A stretch of DNA of 64,000 nt from Coriobacteriaceae bacterium (GTDB lineage: Bacteria; Actinomycetota; Coriobacteriia; Coriobacteriales; Eggerthellaceae): NCBI GenBank assembly GCA_004555335.1, contig SFII01000001.1, positions 5,411 through 69,410 on the forward strand. The letters run 5' to 3'. Made by a program: the position numbers and the translations under genes. Below the pieces are notes generated by a model. The model ran no database searches. It was not told where the DNA came from and saw only the letters and a list, made by a program, of their open reading frames with translations. Below are positions 63,223-64,000 of the stretch, in pieces (within the stretch, counting starts at the first letter, position 1; each line of letters opens with the position of its first letter).

Positions 63223-64000
63223 ATGCGCAGGCAGGCGATAGAGGACATCATCGAGGCCTTGAAGCAGGGGGAGGAACCGGTGCTTTCCCAGGAGGATTTC
63301 CCCTGCTTTTCCGAAGGGGCGACGCAGGGGAATCCGAATATCTCCCCCGAAAGCGCCGCCCGCATAGCGCGCCAGATGGATGCGCGCGATCTGCCCGTCT
63401 TCGAGCGGGCGCTGCAGGCGATCGATCGAAACGAGCAGGCGTGGATCGGTTTCAAGTTCGTCTACGATGCCCAGACCGCCGTGGCAAACGTGGATAACGA
63501 AGTGACGAAGAAATACGGGGAACAGGGCAGTGCCGACGGCTTGGATGCGGTCTTCTTCTGCAACGATGCGAAGGAGATCGTCTGCGCCCGCGTGCCCAGT
63601 CCCCGCGATGTCTTCCAGATGAAGGACTGCACGCGCGGGCCTTCCATGCACACCGAGCAGTTCGATGGGGTGACCTGGTGCTCGGCTGCGTTGCAGGAAA
63701 AGGTGCGCGTCTGGTTGTTGGGGGCAAGCGATGCGGCGGCGGAAGTGGCGGCGCTTGCCGACCATGTGGGCTTCAAAGTGGTTGCGGTCGATTACGATCC
63801 CGCATACCTGAATCCCGAACGCTTCCCTTCGGCGCAGCGGGTGCTGTTGGGAAGCTTCGACGAATTGGATGGGATCGCCGCCGATCCGTCCGATTACGTA
63901 TGCGTGCTCACCCGCGGCCATATGTTCGATCCGGAGGGCTGCCTGTGGGCGGCGCGCAATAACGTGGCTTTTGCGGGGATGATGGGCTGCAAGGGGAAGA
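63223..64000 (+). CDS. XdhC/CoxI-family accessory protein (3' end outside the window)
   Basis: This frame is absent from the ORF track because it has no stop inside the window. ATG 63223 follows GGAAGGAGG. The translation ends ...VWLLGASDAAAEVAALADHVGFKVVAVDYDP...SDYVCVLTRGHMFDPEGCLWAARNNVAFAGMMGCKGK, matching the XdhC Rossmann-like C-domain pattern (V.V.D.R...D.YVV..T.GH..D...L...L....YIG..GS..K). Confidence 0.7.
   Translation, partial: MRRQAIEDIIEALKQGEEPVLSQEDFPCFSEGATQGNPNISPESAARIARQMDARDLPVFERALQAIDRNEQAWIGFKFVYDAQTAVANVDNEVTKKYGEQGSADGLDAVFFCNDAKEIVCARVPSPRDVFQMKDCTRGPSMHTEQFDGVTWCSAALQEKVRVWLLGASDAAAEVAALADHVGFKVVAVDYDPAYLNPERFPSAQRVLLGSFDELDGIAADPSDYVCVLTRGHMFDPEGCLWAARNNVAFAGMMGCKGK

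Noticed and set aside
63172-63921. A 249-aa minus-strand ORF at the window end
   Set aside because: The opposite plus-strand frame is open to the window edge and therefore missing from the ORF track. It has an RBS and ATG and an XdhC-type C-domain pattern, so the minus ORF is judged a shadow.

Overview
The window is 64 kb of high-GC (about 60%) bacterial chromosome. It is densely coding and almost entirely on the + strand. Gene content and order suggest an anaerobic Actinomycetota, possibly Coriobacteriia; this is inference only. I saw no rRNA, CRISPR array, transposase, integrase or phage genes, so this is a core housekeeping region rather than an island.

Gene order:
- tsf (3' end), murA, an LCP wall-polymer ligase, a NifU-like gene (-), lgt, superoxide reductase
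- two FAD proteins, the second fused to TsaC
- lipase-like hydrolase, glpK, rpiB, glyA, dCMP deaminase
- the complete F1Fo ATP synthase operon (atpI-like, B, E, F, H, A, G, D, C)
- dnaE, truA, an SNF-family transporter, ychF, aroD, larB, a truncated larC-like gene, vanZ
- gatCAB, an FtsB/DivIC-like gene, a Ppx/GppA phosphatase, tRNA-Leu(UAA), a polyprenyl synthase, a protein with two PG-binding domains
- glmU, prs, pth, a RecJ-RecQ fusion, relA/spoT, an MBL hydrolase, DUF47, a TRIC channel (-)
- lysC, asd, a small frameshift-split ORF (-), ppk1 (-), a two-domain ppk2, sortase B, purM, purN, and an XdhC-like gene that runs off the window end

The most unusual signal is at the ppk1 locus. PPK1 carries a roughly 280-aa acidic, Pro-rich C-terminal tail. 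The tail contains a short motif (CVRSAGGAPIxPYSG) and ends in a MinD-like amphipathic helix. Immediately downstream is a small ORF, split by a C7 homopolymer, that is a miniature copy of that tail: two motif copies plus a similar terminal helix.

Other points worth a second look:
- a RecJ-RecQ single-polypeptide fusion
- a COG2509 FAD protein fused to TsaC
- larB with a truncated larC-like gene
- a recurring TGGTATCATTG extended -10-like element
- a low-GC divergent ppk1/ppk2 control region with a perfect palindrome

All product calls rest on motif recognition by eye; no database search was run.
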